DNA of 64,000 bases, taken from NCBI GenBank assembly GCA_016187225.1, contig JACPKC010000010.1, positions 67,541-131,540 on the forward strand, in the 5' to 3' direction. The notes beneath the pieces are model-generated. The model saw nothing but the letters and a program-made list of their open reading frames with translations, was not told where the DNA came from and made no database searches. Both the position numbers and the translations under genes were made by a program. Below, in pieces: positions 45,305 to 54,825 of this stretch (its first letter is position 1; each line of letters starts with the position of its first letter). The DNA comes from Candidatus Berkelbacteria bacterium. Lineage in GTDB: Bacteria > Patescibacteriota > UBA1384 > JACPKC01.

Positions 45305-48171
45305 AAAATATGCCGACGAGTAAATTGCAATCAGAAAAAAACGCAATTGTTCTTGCTGAAGAAAAAGTTTTAGATTTTTGGCGCGCCAAAAAGATTTTTC
45401 AAAAATCTCTCGAAGCACGAAAGAATGCCGAGCGGTATGTTTTTTATGATGGCCCGCCTTTTGCGACCGGCACTCCGCACTATGGCCACATCCTTGCCAG
45501 CGCCATTAAAGATGCTGTGCCACGTTACCAAACGATGCGGGGCAAGTACGTCGAGCGCCGTTGGGGGTGGGATACGCATGGTTTACCGATCGAGAACATA
45601 GTTGAGCGAAAACTTGCAATTTCGGGTCGAAAAGAAATCGAAAAAATTGGCATTGGAAAGTTTAACACAGCCGCCCGCGCGCAAGTGCTTGAGTATGCGC
45701 GGGAATGGAAAAAAACAATCGAACGCATGGCGCGTTGGGTTGATTTCGATGGTTCCTATAAAACAATGGATAACAGTTACATCGAGTCAGTCTGGTGGGC
45801 GTTTAGTCAGCTTTATGACAAGGGTCTTATTTATGAGAGCACGCGTGTTCTACCTTATTGTCCACGTTGTGAAACTCCAGTGGCTCAATCTGAAATTGCA
45901 ATGGATAACAGCTACAAGAAAATTAGCGATCTTTCAGTCTATGTCGCGCTTGAACTTAGCGACCGTCCGGGCACGTATCTAGTGGTCTGGACAACGACGC
46001 CTTGGACCTTGCCGGGCAATACTGCGGTTGCAATTGGTAGCGACATCGACTATGTGCTTGTCGAGCAAGGCCATAAACAGTATTTTGTCGCGGTTTTTGC
46101 GAAAGAAAAACTTTTTCCAAATTCAAGCGTGATCGAGCAAAAACGCGGGCGTGACCTTGTGGGTCTCTCATATAAACCGCCCTTTGACTATTATTTGGAG
46201 CGAGAATTTCCCAACAAAAAAAATGCTTGGAAAATCTACGCCGCTTCATTTATAAGCAATCAAACGGGGAGTGGACTCGTGCATATTGCTCCGGCTTTTG
46301 GCGAAGAAGATATGGAGCTTGCGCGCACCAAAAACTTACCGTCTATTTGGCACGTGACAGGGCAGGGTAAATTCGCGCTCGAAGTCAAAGATTTTGCCGG
46401 TTTCGATGTTAAACCTAAAAACAATCATCAGCGCACTGATGTGGAAATTATCAAATATCTATTCGCAAAAGAAATCCTGTTTAAAAAAGAAATCGTTATT
46501 CACCCTTATCCGCATTGTTATCGTTGTGAAACGCCGCTTTATTACTATGCAATTCCAGCCTGGTTTGTGAAGATTCAGGCAGCTAAGCCGCGACTTGAAG
46601 AGCTCAATGAAAAAATTCACTGGGTGCCAACTCATCTCAAGCATGGCCGTTTCCTAAAAAGTATGCGTGAGGCGCCTGATTGGAATATCTCGCGCAATCG
46701 TTACTGGGCTTCTCCACTTCCAATTTGGAAGTGTCCAAATAGTCATCTCACGATCGTTAGATCTATAGCGCATCTGCGAGAATTAAGCGGCTTAGAATTG
46801 TCTGATTTGCATCGTCCGCATATCGATGCTGTCACTTTTGCCTGTCCTACGTGTCAGACAGAAACCAAACGTGTCCCAGAGGTTTTTGATTGTTGGTTTG
46901 AATCCGCCTCAATGCCATTTGCGGCCGTCCACTATCCTTTTGAAAACAAAGATTGGTTTAAAGCCAATTTCCCGGCCGACTTTGTCGTTGAATATATTGC
47001 ACAAACCCGTACTTGGTTTTACTACATGCATGTTTTATCGACACTTTTATTCGACGAAGCGCCGTTCCGCCACGTGGTCACGACGGGTAATGTTTTAGCG
47101 CAAGACGGTCAGAAAATGTCAAAATCAAAACAAAATTTTCCTAATCCTTGGCAGATTTTTGATACCTATGGCGCGGATGCTCTTCGTTATTATCTCTTGG
47201 CCTCGCCGCTCATGAAGGCGGAGGATCTGAACTTTTCCGAAACAGGTGTCCTAGAAATTTACAAGCGTAACTTTCTTCGACTCAAAAATGTTCTTTCATT
47301 CTATTCTCTCTATCCTGCTGAAATTGAGGGCCAAGCGCCAAACGCACAATCAGCTAATATTCTTGATATTTGGATTTTGGAGCGTCTTCAGGAAAGCGTA
47401 AGCTTAATTACGAATGCCATGGAGCATTACGAGTTGGATTCAGCATTTAGGCCGGTCGAAACTTTGGTTGATGATCTTTCGGTTTGGTACCTGCGTCGTT
47501 CGCGGGAACGCTTAAAAGATGATTCTCCTGGCGCTCGGCTTACTTTAAGAGAGGCTCTGCTTAAAATGAGCCTGCTCTTGGCGCCTTTTGTGCCTTTTAT
47601 CGCAGAAGAAATTTTTTTACAACTGCGTAGTCCAAAAGACTCGGAAAGTGTGCACCTAGCTGACTGGCCAGTCAGTCGCTCGGTCGATCAAAAAATTCTT
47701 GATCAGATGGCAACGATTCGTCAGGCGGTCTCGCTTGGGCTCGAAAAGCGGAGTGCGCTCAATCTTCGCGTTCGTCAGCCTTTAAGTTCGGCTAAAATTA
47801 TGGGTCTGCCTTTTAAATTAAACGAACATTATGCAGAATTAATGCGAGCTGAACTTAATGTTCAAAATCTCGAATGGCACACCGGCGAAAAACTAACCGT
47901 TGAACTTAACCCACTCCTCACCGACGAGCTTCGTGTTGAGGGTTTAACGCGCGATCTTATCCACGCCATTCAAATTCTTCGTAAAAATGCTCAACTTAAA
48001 CCCAACGAACAAGTGCTCATCGCAATTCATGGGGTTGGCGATCAATTCTTAGATATGAAGCAAAAACAAACTCAAATTGAACAAGCAACTCATGTTCGCA
48101 TTGAGTGGCGAGCAAGCAGTAGTCAATACTCTACGACCGTCGATAAATTGACGATCATGCTCGAGCGATGA
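45301..48171 (+). CDS. ileS: Isoleucyl-tRNA synthetase (type 2-like, 956 aa)
   Basis: HIGH region PHYGH; KMSKS; editing domain; DWNISRNRYWASPLPIW box; no C-terminal zinc-finger of the type 1 enzyme. Confidence 0.8.
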   Translation: MKNMPTSKLQSEKNAIVLAEEKVLDFWRAKKIFQKSLEARKNAERYVFYDGPPFATGTPHYGHILASAIKDAVPRYQTMRGKYVERRWGWDTHGLPIENIVERKLAISGRKEIEKIGIGKFNTAARAQVLEYAREWKKTIERMARWVDFDGSYKTMDNSYIESVWWAFSQLYDKGLIYESTRVLPYCPRCETPVAQSEIAMDNSYKKISDLSVYVALELSDRPGTYLVVWTTTPWTLPGNTAVAIGSDIDYVLVEQGHKQYFVAVFAKEKLFPNSSVIEQKRGRDLVGLSYKPPFDYYLEREFPNKKNAWKIYAASFISNQTGSGLVHIAPAFGEEDMELARTKNLPSIWHVTGQGKFALEVKDFAGFDVKPKNNHQRTDVEIIKYLFAKEILFKKEIVIHPYPHCYRCETPLYYYAIPAWFVKIQAAKPRLEELNEKIHWVPTHLKHGRFLKSMREAPDWNISRNRYWASPLPIWKCPNSHLTIVRSIAHLRELSGLELSDLHRPHIDAVTFACPTCQTETKRVPEVFDCWFESASMPFAAVHYPFENKDWFKANFPADFVVEYIAQTRTWFYYMHVLSTLLFDEAPFRHVVTTGNVLAQDGQKMSKSKQNFPNPWQIFDTYGADALRYYLLASPLMKAEDLNFSETGVLEIYKRNFLRLKNVLSFYSLYPAEIEGQAPNAQSANILDIWILERLQESVSLITNAMEHYELDSAFRPVETLVDDLSVWYLRRSRERLKDDSPGARLTLREALLKMSLLLAPFVPFIAEEIFLQLRSPKDSESVHLADWPVSRSVDQKILDQMATIRQAVSLGLEKRSALNLRVRQPLSSAKIMGLPFKLNEHYAELMRAELNVQNLEWHTGEKLTVELNPLLTDELRVEGLTRDLIHAIQILRKNAQLKPNEQVLIAIHGVGDQFLDMKQKQTQIEQATHVRIEWRASSSQYSTTVDKLTIMLER

Positions 48172-49265
48172 GGTTCCAACTCTTGCGCTTTATCGACTGG
48201 TACCTCGTCGGGATAGTTTTAATTTTAGTAGTTGGTGGTGTGGCGATGATCTACAGTCTCACTTTTGCCCGCTCCGGTTCCGAACTCGCTTTCACACAAG
48301 GCGCGTTCGTGATTTTGGGCTGGATCACGGCGTCCATTTTGGCAGTTTTTGATTACCGCCGACTGCGTTCGTTCAGTCTGCTATTGTATCTTGCAGTTGG
48401 CTTACTGCTCTTGGGCGTTACGTTTTACGGTACGGTCGTTTTCGGTGCGCGTCGCTGGATCGAGATTGGCGCATTCCAACTCCAACCATCTGAATTGTTC
48501 AAGCTAGTCGCGGTCATCTTAATTGCCCGAGTCCTCGCCGCTCGCTTTGGCGCGATTCGTTTTAGAGATTTATTTGTTGTTAGTCTCTTATTAGGTCTTC
48601 CGATTACTCTAGTGCTGAAACAGCCGGACTTAGGGACAGCCGGTGTTATATTTTTAACGTTCGTAATAATTCTGACGATCGCAAAACTGCCGCGCTCGCT
48701 TTGGGTTAGCATCGGCCTAAGCCTGCCCATCCTTATGTTGGCGATTTTTTTGAATCTTAAAGACTATCAAATTGACCGGGTTCAAGTTTTCCTCAATCCT
48801 GCGTCCGATCGTTACGGCTCTGGCTATAACGTCCTTCAGTCCTTAATTGCAGTTGGCAATGGCGGTCTGTTTGGTCAGGGACTGGGTCAGGGAACGCAGA
48901 GCCAGCTTGATTTTTTACCCGTCATTCATACCGACTTTATCTTTGCCGGCATGGCTGAAGCAGTTGGCTTTTTTGGCTCTTTTGCCTTTCTCGTACTTTT
49001 CGCCGCTTTAATCATTCGAGCGCTAATGATTTCTCATCGAGCGCCGGATGCATTTGGTTCATTCTTGGCCTTTGGCATCGCTAGCCTGTGGTTCGTTCAA
49101 CTGGCGATTAATGTGGGGATGAATTTAGGGCTTGCGCCCGTAACAGGCATCCCACTTCCTTTCATCTCTTACGGAGGCACCGCGATTGTGTGTAATTTTA
49201 TCGCACTGGGGATTCTTGAAAGCATTGCAATTCGGTCACAGCAAGGTTATTTTCGCACATATTGA
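48168..49265 (+). CDS. rodA: SEDS-family peptidoglycan polymerase (RodA/FtsW paralogue)
   Basis: Ten-TM SEDS topology and conserved C-terminal GLAPVTGIPLPFISYGGTA; second SEDS gene in the window. Confidence 0.7.
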   Translation: MRFQLLRFIDWYLVGIVLILVVGGVAMIYSLTFARSGSELAFTQGAFVILGWITASILAVFDYRRLRSFSLLLYLAVGLLLLGVTFYGTVVFGARRWIEIGAFQLQPSELFKLVAVILIARVLAARFGAIRFRDLFVVSLLLGLPITLVLKQPDLGTAGVIFLTFVIILTIAKLPRSLWVSIGLSLPILMLAIFLNLKDYQIDRVQVFLNPASDRYGSGYNVLQSLIAVGNGGLFGQGLGQGTQSQLDFLPVIHTDFIFAGMAEAVGFFGSFAFLVLFAALIIRALMISHRAPDAFGSFLAFGIASLWFVQLAINVGMNLGLAPVTGIPLPFISYGGTAIVCNFIALGILESIAIRSQQGYFRTY

Positions 49266-49349
49266 CCGGATTGGGAGAAAAGTATATTCTAATGGAACGC
49301 TCCGCGAGAAATTTTTTATATTGATGAATTAGTAATCCTCTGGAGAGAT

Positions 49350-49634
49350 ATGAAAAAAGCTCAAGCTAAAAAAGTAGCGATTATCGAAACCGGCGGCAAG
49401 CAATATCTTGTCCAGCCAGGCGATACCCTTAAGGTGGAACTGATTAGAACGGAGAAAAATCAACTTACTCTCCGCGATCTCTTGGCCAACAAAAATGTGA
49501 CCGCAACCATTTTAACAGAAGGTCGTCATCCAAAAGTCTCCGGTCGCATCTTTCGCAATAAAGTCCGTTCCTCGCGTTTCCCTCGTGGCCATAAACAGCG
49601 CTATACTGCTCTTAAAATCGAATCAATGATTTAA
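49350..49634 (+). CDS. rplU: 50S ribosomal protein L21
   Basis: AIIETGGKQYLVQPGD...GHKQRYTALKI matches the L21 GGKQ..V..G and GHRQ.YT..KI boxes. Confidence 0.65.
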   Translation: MKKAQAKKVAIIETGGKQYLVQPGDTLKVELIRTEKNQLTLRDLLANKNVTATILTEGRHPKVSGRIFRNKVRSSRFPRGHKQRYTALKIESMI

Positions 49635-49645
49635 GAATACGTATC

Positions 49646-49834
49646 ATGATCCGCCCCATTGCATATCTTCGAGAAAGTTACGACGAATTACGGAAGGTGA
49701 AATGGCCAAGTCGCGAAACTACGATTCAATACACTTTAACCGTGATTGGCGCTGTTATTCTCCTGACAACTTTCTATGGCTTAATCGATTTTGGCCTTTC
49801 AGAAATTATCAGCCGGATGCTTAACCGTAGCTAA
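49646..49834 (+). CDS. secE: Preprotein translocase subunit SecE
   Basis: 62 aa, KVKWPSRETTIQYTLTVIGAVILLTTFYGLIDF single TM; immediately upstream of nusG. Confidence 0.75.
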   Translation: MIRPIAYLRESYDELRKVKWPSRETTIQYTLTVIGAVILLTTFYGLIDFGLSEIISRMLNRS

Positions 49835-49843
49835 AGAGTCAGC

Positions 49844-50482
49844 ATGACAGACATTTTTGATCAACCAGAAGAATTAGATTCCGAAACCTTAATCGGTGAA
49901 ACTATTAAACATGCAAGTCGACGGCCGCGACCTTCGCTTCTTGGGCAGAAACAAGCCGGTGAGCGCGGTTGGTATGTGATTCACACCTACACTGGCTACG
50001 AGGATCAGGTAGCCGAAACTCTCCGCCAGCGTATTGAATCACTTGGCATGGACGACAAGATTTTTGATGTGATCGTGCCAGTCGAGAAACAGATTGAGAT
50101 TCGCAATGGCAAACGCCGGACCGTTGAGCGCAAAATTTTTCCGGGTTACGTTTTGGTTGAAATGCTAGTGACAGACGACTCATGGTATGTTGTCAGAAAT
50201 ACTCCGAACGTTACTGGCTTTATTGGCTTGGGTGTCCGTCCAACGCCGATTCCGCTTGCCGAAGTTGATCGAATAAAAAAGAGAATGGGCGTTGAAGAAC
50301 CCAAATATCAGATCGATTTCACAATCAACGATCTTGTAACAATTACCGATGGTCCACTTAAAGGTTTTCAGGCGACTGTGAGTGAGATTGATGAAGAAAA
50401 AGGGAAAGTTAAGGTTCTCGTCAACATGTTTGGGCGTGAAACGCCCGCTCTACTCGATTTCTTACAAGTTAAGAAAGTTTAG
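49844..50482 (+). CDS. nusG: Transcription termination/antitermination factor NusG
   Basis: NGN domain ([14 protein letters not shown]...FPGYVLVEM) and KOW domain ([22 protein letters not shown]). Confidence 0.9.
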   Translation: MTDIFDQPEELDSETLIGETIKHASRRPRPSLLGQKQAGERGWYVIHTYTGYEDQVAETLRQRIESLGMDDKIFDVIVPVEKQIEIRNGKRRTVERKIFPGYVLVEMLVTDDSWYVVRNTPNVTGFIGLGVRPTPIPLAEVDRIKKRMGVEEPKYQIDFTINDLVTITDGPLKGFQATVSEIDEEKGKVKVLVNMFGRETPALLDFLQVKKV

Positions 50483-50501
50483 TAAATCTCAAAGGATGAC
50501 T

Positions 50502-50927
50502 ATGGCAAAAGCAATTAAGACCATGATTAAACTCCAAATTCCCGCTGGCAAGGCTAATCCGGCGCCGCCTGTTGGAACGGCTCTCGGGCCGCACGGCGTA
50601 AATATTATGGATTTTTGCAATCAATTTAATGAGCGCACCAAGCAACTTGGCAACACAATCATTCCGGTTGAACTTACGCTCTATGTGGATAGAAGTTTCG
50701 ATTTCATCCTTAAACAACCACCAGCCGCCGTCCTATTGCGTCAAGCCGCTGGTGTTGAAAAAGGAGCAAGTGAGGTTGGTAAGCAAAAAGTCGGTAAAAT
50801 TTCCCAAGCTAGACTTCGTGAATTAGCCGAGCAAAAAATGTCCGATTTAAATGCAAACGATATCGAATCAGCTATGAAAATTCTGACTGGCACCGCTCGC
50901 TCCATGGGAATTGAGATCCAGAACTAA
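50502..50927 (+). CDS. rplK: 50S ribosomal protein L11
   Basis: [39 protein letters not shown] canonical L11 N-terminus; RBS AAAGGA. Confidence 0.9.
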   Translation: MAKAIKTMIKLQIPAGKANPAPPVGTALGPHGVNIMDFCNQFNERTKQLGNTIIPVELTLYVDRSFDFILKQPPAAVLLRQAAGVEKGASEVGKQKVGKISQARLRELAEQKMSDLNANDIESAMKILTGTARSMGIEIQN

Positions 50928-50942
50928 AAGAGGCTGTCAGGA

Positions 50943-52037
50943 GTGGAAAGAATTACGCCAGCCGAAAGAGCCATCTGGGCAGCGTTTGCGAGCGATCTCT
51001 ACTTCGGTCCAACTCATCTGAACGAACTTCTGGCATTGAATGAAACGTTGCAGAGCATTTGGGAAAAACCCGAGCATGAGCTCAAAAAAATTCCTATCCG
51101 ATCGGCCACTCTTCAAGCGATCGTCAAATTACGGACGAACGTTGATCCTATAAAAGTTCTGACTAACCTCCAGAAACAAGGAATTAAATTTATTACTCGA
51201 TTCGATGCCGATTACCCGGCGCTTCTTGGTGAGATTACTGTTCCGCCAGTAGTATTATATATACGCGGAAAATTAGAAAACAAAAATCATACGAACGTAG
51301 CAATCGTAGGCAGTCGACGCATGACAACCTATGGCAAGCGGACGGCTGAATATATCAGTCGGTCGCTCGCACAGAGCGGCATTACGATTGTATCTGGGCT
51401 CGCGCTTGGTATCGATTCGGTTTCTCACAAGGCCGCACTGGAGGCAGAGGGAATTACCTGGGCAGTTTTAGGTTGCGGATTAGATCAGATTTACCCATCC
51501 AGCCATACCCAATTAGGCGAAAGAATTTTGTCGAATGGCGGCGCTTTGATAAGTGAATTTCCGCCTGGTACGCCAGCGCTCCGCCACCATTTTCCGATCC
51601 GCAATCGTATTATTGCTGGCTTGTGTAGCGCAACAATTATTGTTGAGGCGACCGAACGCTCGGGGACGCTCAGCACTGCGCGCGCGGCCTTGGACGCAAA
51701 TCGCGAAGTTTTTGCCGTGCCTGGCTCGATTTTTTCACCCAATTCAGTTGGTTCTCATGCACTCCTCAAATCTGGAGCTGGGCTTTTACATACTCCAAAT
51801 GACATTCTCGAAGCGCTCGGCCTTGAAATGAAGTCATCGGATCGTCCAGTTACACAACTTACGAGCGTAGAAAGTGTAATTTTTGCCACCCTTTCACATG
51901 AACCGATGCTTCTCGACGACCTGATCACTGCCACCCAACTGACGTCGAGTGCGATTGTTAGCACTTTAACGTTAATGGAAATCAAAGGTCTTGTTCAAAC
52001 GGCTGGGCAAGGGCGATACGTTCGATCGCACTCTTGA
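50943..52037 (+). CDS. dprA: DNA processing protein DprA (Smf)
   Basis: Rossmann-like VAIVGSRRMTTYGKRTAEYISRSLAQSGITIVSGLALGIDS; conserved dprA-topA adjacency. Confidence 0.85.
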   Translation: MERITPAERAIWAAFASDLYFGPTHLNELLALNETLQSIWEKPEHELKKIPIRSATLQAIVKLRTNVDPIKVLTNLQKQGIKFITRFDADYPALLGEITVPPVVLYIRGKLENKNHTNVAIVGSRRMTTYGKRTAEYISRSLAQSGITIVSGLALGIDSVSHKAALEAEGITWAVLGCGLDQIYPSSHTQLGERILSNGGALISEFPPGTPALRHHFPIRNRIIAGLCSATIIVEATERSGTLSTARAALDANREVFAVPGSIFSPNSVGSHALLKSGAGLLHTPNDILEALGLEMKSSDRPVTQLTSVESVIFATLSHEPMLLDDLITATQLTSSAIVSTLTLMEIKGLVQTAGQGRYVRSHS

Positions 52038-52075
52038 CGCATGAGTGCATCTTGCGTTTACTAGAACCCATTGTT

Positions 52076-54037
52076 ATGCCAGCCAAACATCTTGTCATTG
52101 TCGAGTCGCCTGCTAAGGGTAAGACGATTGAGCGCTATTTGGGCAAGGATTTTCACGTTCTGGCTTCATACGGACATGTGCGTGATTTGCCAGAGCATAA
52201 CCTTGGTGTTGATGTCGAGCACAAGTTCAAACCAACGTATGTCATTCCGCAAAAAGCTAAGAAAACGATCAGCGCCTTAAAGACTGCCTTAAAGGGCGCT
52301 GACTCCCTTTATTTGGCAACAGACTATGATCGAGAAGGCGAGGCGATTGCCTGGCACATTCTTGAGGCGCTTAACCTCGAAAAGATGAAAATTCCTGTCG
52401 CTCGGATTACCTTCCATGAAATCACAAAATCGGCACTACAGGCGGCGATTAAAAAGCCGCGGTCTCTCGATCTTAACTTAGTTAATGCCCAACAGGCGCG
52501 ACGGATTCTCGATCGTCTAGTCGGTTATACTTTAAGTCCGTTTTTGTGGAAAAAAGTAATGAAAGGTCTTTCGGCGGGGCGCGTGCAATCAGTTGCAGTG
52601 CGTTTGGTCGTTGACCGAGAGCGCGAGATTAAGGCTTTTGTGCCCCAAGAGCACTGGAGTCTTGAAGCGCTTTTGGCAACACGCAAAAAGGAAGAATTTC
52701 GAGCGTCGTTGGCTGAATTTAAGGGGAAGAAGCTTGATAAACTTGGAATTAAAACCGAAAAAGAGGCGCGCGCGCTTGAATCGGCGTTGGCTGGTGTGAC
52801 TTACCAGGTTAAGTTGGTTGAAGAAAAAGAAATCACTAAACGCCCTTCGCCGCCGTTTACAACCTCCACTCTCCAGCAACAGGCCTCGCATCGTTTGCAT
52901 TTTTCAGCCAAGCAGACCATGAAGCTTGCTCAGGATCTATATGAGGCCGGTCACATTACCTATATGCGTACCGACTCAACTAATCTGGCTGGCGAGGCTA
53001 TTTCTGCCACCCGAGGATATATCGAAAAAACATTTGGCGCAAATTATCTTCCGTCTGTGCCTCAATACTACCGAACAAAAAGCAAAGGCGCTCAAGAAGC
53101 GCATGAAGCCATCCGCCCAACCGATGCAACCAAACAGAGTTCGGATTTAAACTTGCCTTCTGATAAACATGCAAAACTTTATGAATTGATTTGGCAGAGA
53201 ATGATTGCTTGTCAGATGGCGCCCGCGCGCCTTAAAGCGACGACCGCCTTAATTCAGGCTGGAGAAGGAATTTTTAAGGCGCATGGCAACGTCGTGGCTT
53301 TCGACGGTTATCTAAGGGTCTGGCCGAGTGATCGAACTGATTCAATTCTACCCAAGTTAGCATCGAATGATTCGCTCACCCTACAAGAATTTTTTACAGA
53401 ACAGCATTTTACCGAACCGCCGGCTCGTTATTCAGAAGCAACTCTCGTTAAGGCGCTTGAGGAACATGGCATTGGTCGACCGAGCACTTACGCGCCAATC
53501 ATCAGCACAATTCAAGATCGAGGCTATGTTCAGCTATTTGAGCGTCGTTTTCAGCCGACTGAAACCGGCGAGATTGTGACTAATCTGCTCGTTGAGCATT
53601 TTCCTGAAATTGTGGACTTAACCTTCACCGCCTCAATGGAAAAAAAGCTCGATCAAGTCGCTGAAGGCGAACAGGATTGGACTAAACTTCTAGGTGATTT
53701 TTACACACCTTTTGACCACAAACTTGAAGTTAAGCAAAAGGAAGTTGAAAAACTTGATCTTACTGAAAAAACCGACAAAACTTGTCCAAAATGCGGCAAG
53801 CCACTCATTATTCGTCGGGGCCGATTCGGTCGATTTTTAGCTTGTACGGGTTTCCCAGAGTGTCGGCATACTGAAGCCATTGTGGAAAAAACAGGGATTC
53901 AATGCCCTGAATGTGGTCAGGGCGAGCTCATCGAAAAGAAGACTCGTCGAGGTAAGACTTTTTGGGGCTGTGAGCGGTACCCAGAATGCAAACATGCCAC
54001 TTGGAATGACCCGCGTAGTCATGAATCATCTTCCTAA
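52076..54037 (+). CDS. topA: DNA topoisomerase I
   Basis: Toprim LVIVESPAKGKTIERYLG; active-site Tyr region; C-terminal C4 zinc ribbons (CPKCGKP...CTGFPEC; CPECGQG...CERYPEC). Confidence 0.9.
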   Translation: MPAKHLVIVESPAKGKTIERYLGKDFHVLASYGHVRDLPEHNLGVDVEHKFKPTYVIPQKAKKTISALKTALKGADSLYLATDYDREGEAIAWHILEALNLEKMKIPVARITFHEITKSALQAAIKKPRSLDLNLVNAQQARRILDRLVGYTLSPFLWKKVMKGLSAGRVQSVAVRLVVDREREIKAFVPQEHWSLEALLATRKKEEFRASLAEFKGKKLDKLGIKTEKEARALESALAGVTYQVKLVEEKEITKRPSPPFTTSTLQQQASHRLHFSAKQTMKLAQDLYEAGHITYMRTDSTNLAGEAISATRGYIEKTFGANYLPSVPQYYRTKSKGAQEAHEAIRPTDATKQSSDLNLPSDKHAKLYELIWQRMIACQMAPARLKATTALIQAGEGIFKAHGNVVAFDGYLRVWPSDRTDSILPKLASNDSLTLQEFFTEQHFTEPPARYSEATLVKALEEHGIGRPSTYAPIISTIQDRGYVQLFERRFQPTETGEIVTNLLVEHFPEIVDLTFTASMEKKLDQVAEGEQDWTKLLGDFYTPFDHKLEVKQKEVEKLDLTEKTDKTCPKCGKPLIIRRGRFGRFLACTGFPECRHTEAIVEKTGIQCPECGQGELIEKKTRRGKTFWGCERYPECKHATWNDPRSHESSS

Positions 54038-54629
54038 AAGCATCCAACGAGTCATTGAAGAATTGAGCAAACTGCCGGGCATCGGGGGGAAAACTGCCGG
54101 TCGGTTGGCATTTTATCTTGTCCGTCAGCCCCCAAGTCAGAGCGAGCGCTTGGGGCAGGCTCTGATCGAGCTACGAACTCAACTTAAATTTTGCTCAAAT
54201 TGTTTTAATATTACCGAGCTCGATCCCTGCTCAATCTGTGCCAATGCTCGGCGTGATCAAACTTTACTGTGCGTTGTAGAACAGCCGCTCGATACAGTCG
54301 CTCTGGAAAAAACAGAGTATCAGGGACTGTATCATGTGCTTGGTGGTGTTATCTCGCCGATTGAAGGTGTTAGTCCAGATCAGTTAAGAATTCGGGAACT
54401 AATCATTCGTCTTGAGAGTTCATCCAGAATCAAGGAGCTCATCATCGCGACCAATCCCTCGCTTGAAGGGGAGGCGACTGCCTTGTATTTGCAAAAACTG
54501 ATAGCCGATCAAGGTCTCAAAAAAATTAAGTTGAGCCGAATTGCTCATGGCTTGCCAGTTGGGGGAGACCTTGAGTATGCTGACGCCGTTACACTCACAC
54601 GCGCAATTGAGGGGCGCCGTAGTTATTAA
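54021..54629 (+). CDS. recR: Recombination protein RecR
   Basis: HhH (LPGIGGKTAGRLAFYL); C4 zinc finger (CSNCFNIT...CSICAN); Toprim; start trimmed to MNHLPKS. Confidence 0.85.
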   Translation: MNHLPKSIQRVIEELSKLPGIGGKTAGRLAFYLVRQPPSQSERLGQALIELRTQLKFCSNCFNITELDPCSICANARRDQTLLCVVEQPLDTVALEKTEYQGLYHVLGGVISPIEGVSPDQLRIRELIIRLESSSRIKELIIATNPSLEGEATALYLQKLIADQGLKKIKLSRIAHGLPVGGDLEYADAVTLTRAIEGRRSY

Positions 54630-54657
54630 ACCCGTTTATAGCGGGAGAAGGAGGGGA

Positions 54658-54825
54658 ATGGCAGCGTATTTTTGCAGTGAATGCAACTATGAAACCGAAG
54701 AGAAACAATGTCCGCTCTGCGGGGGCGCAACCGAGATTCTAGACGTAAAAGACGATCCTTTGCTTGGTCAACTTTCACAGCATCCCCAGTATGCATTCGA
54801 TGATGAGGAGCAAACATATATCTAA
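54658..54825 (+). CDS. Small zinc-ribbon protein (55 aa)
   Basis: Strong RBS GGAGGGG; CSECN...CPLCGG two CxxC pairs; acidic tail. Confidence 0.45.
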   Translation: MAAYFCSECNYETEEKQCPLCGGATEILDVKDDPLLGQLSQHPQYAFDDEEQTYI

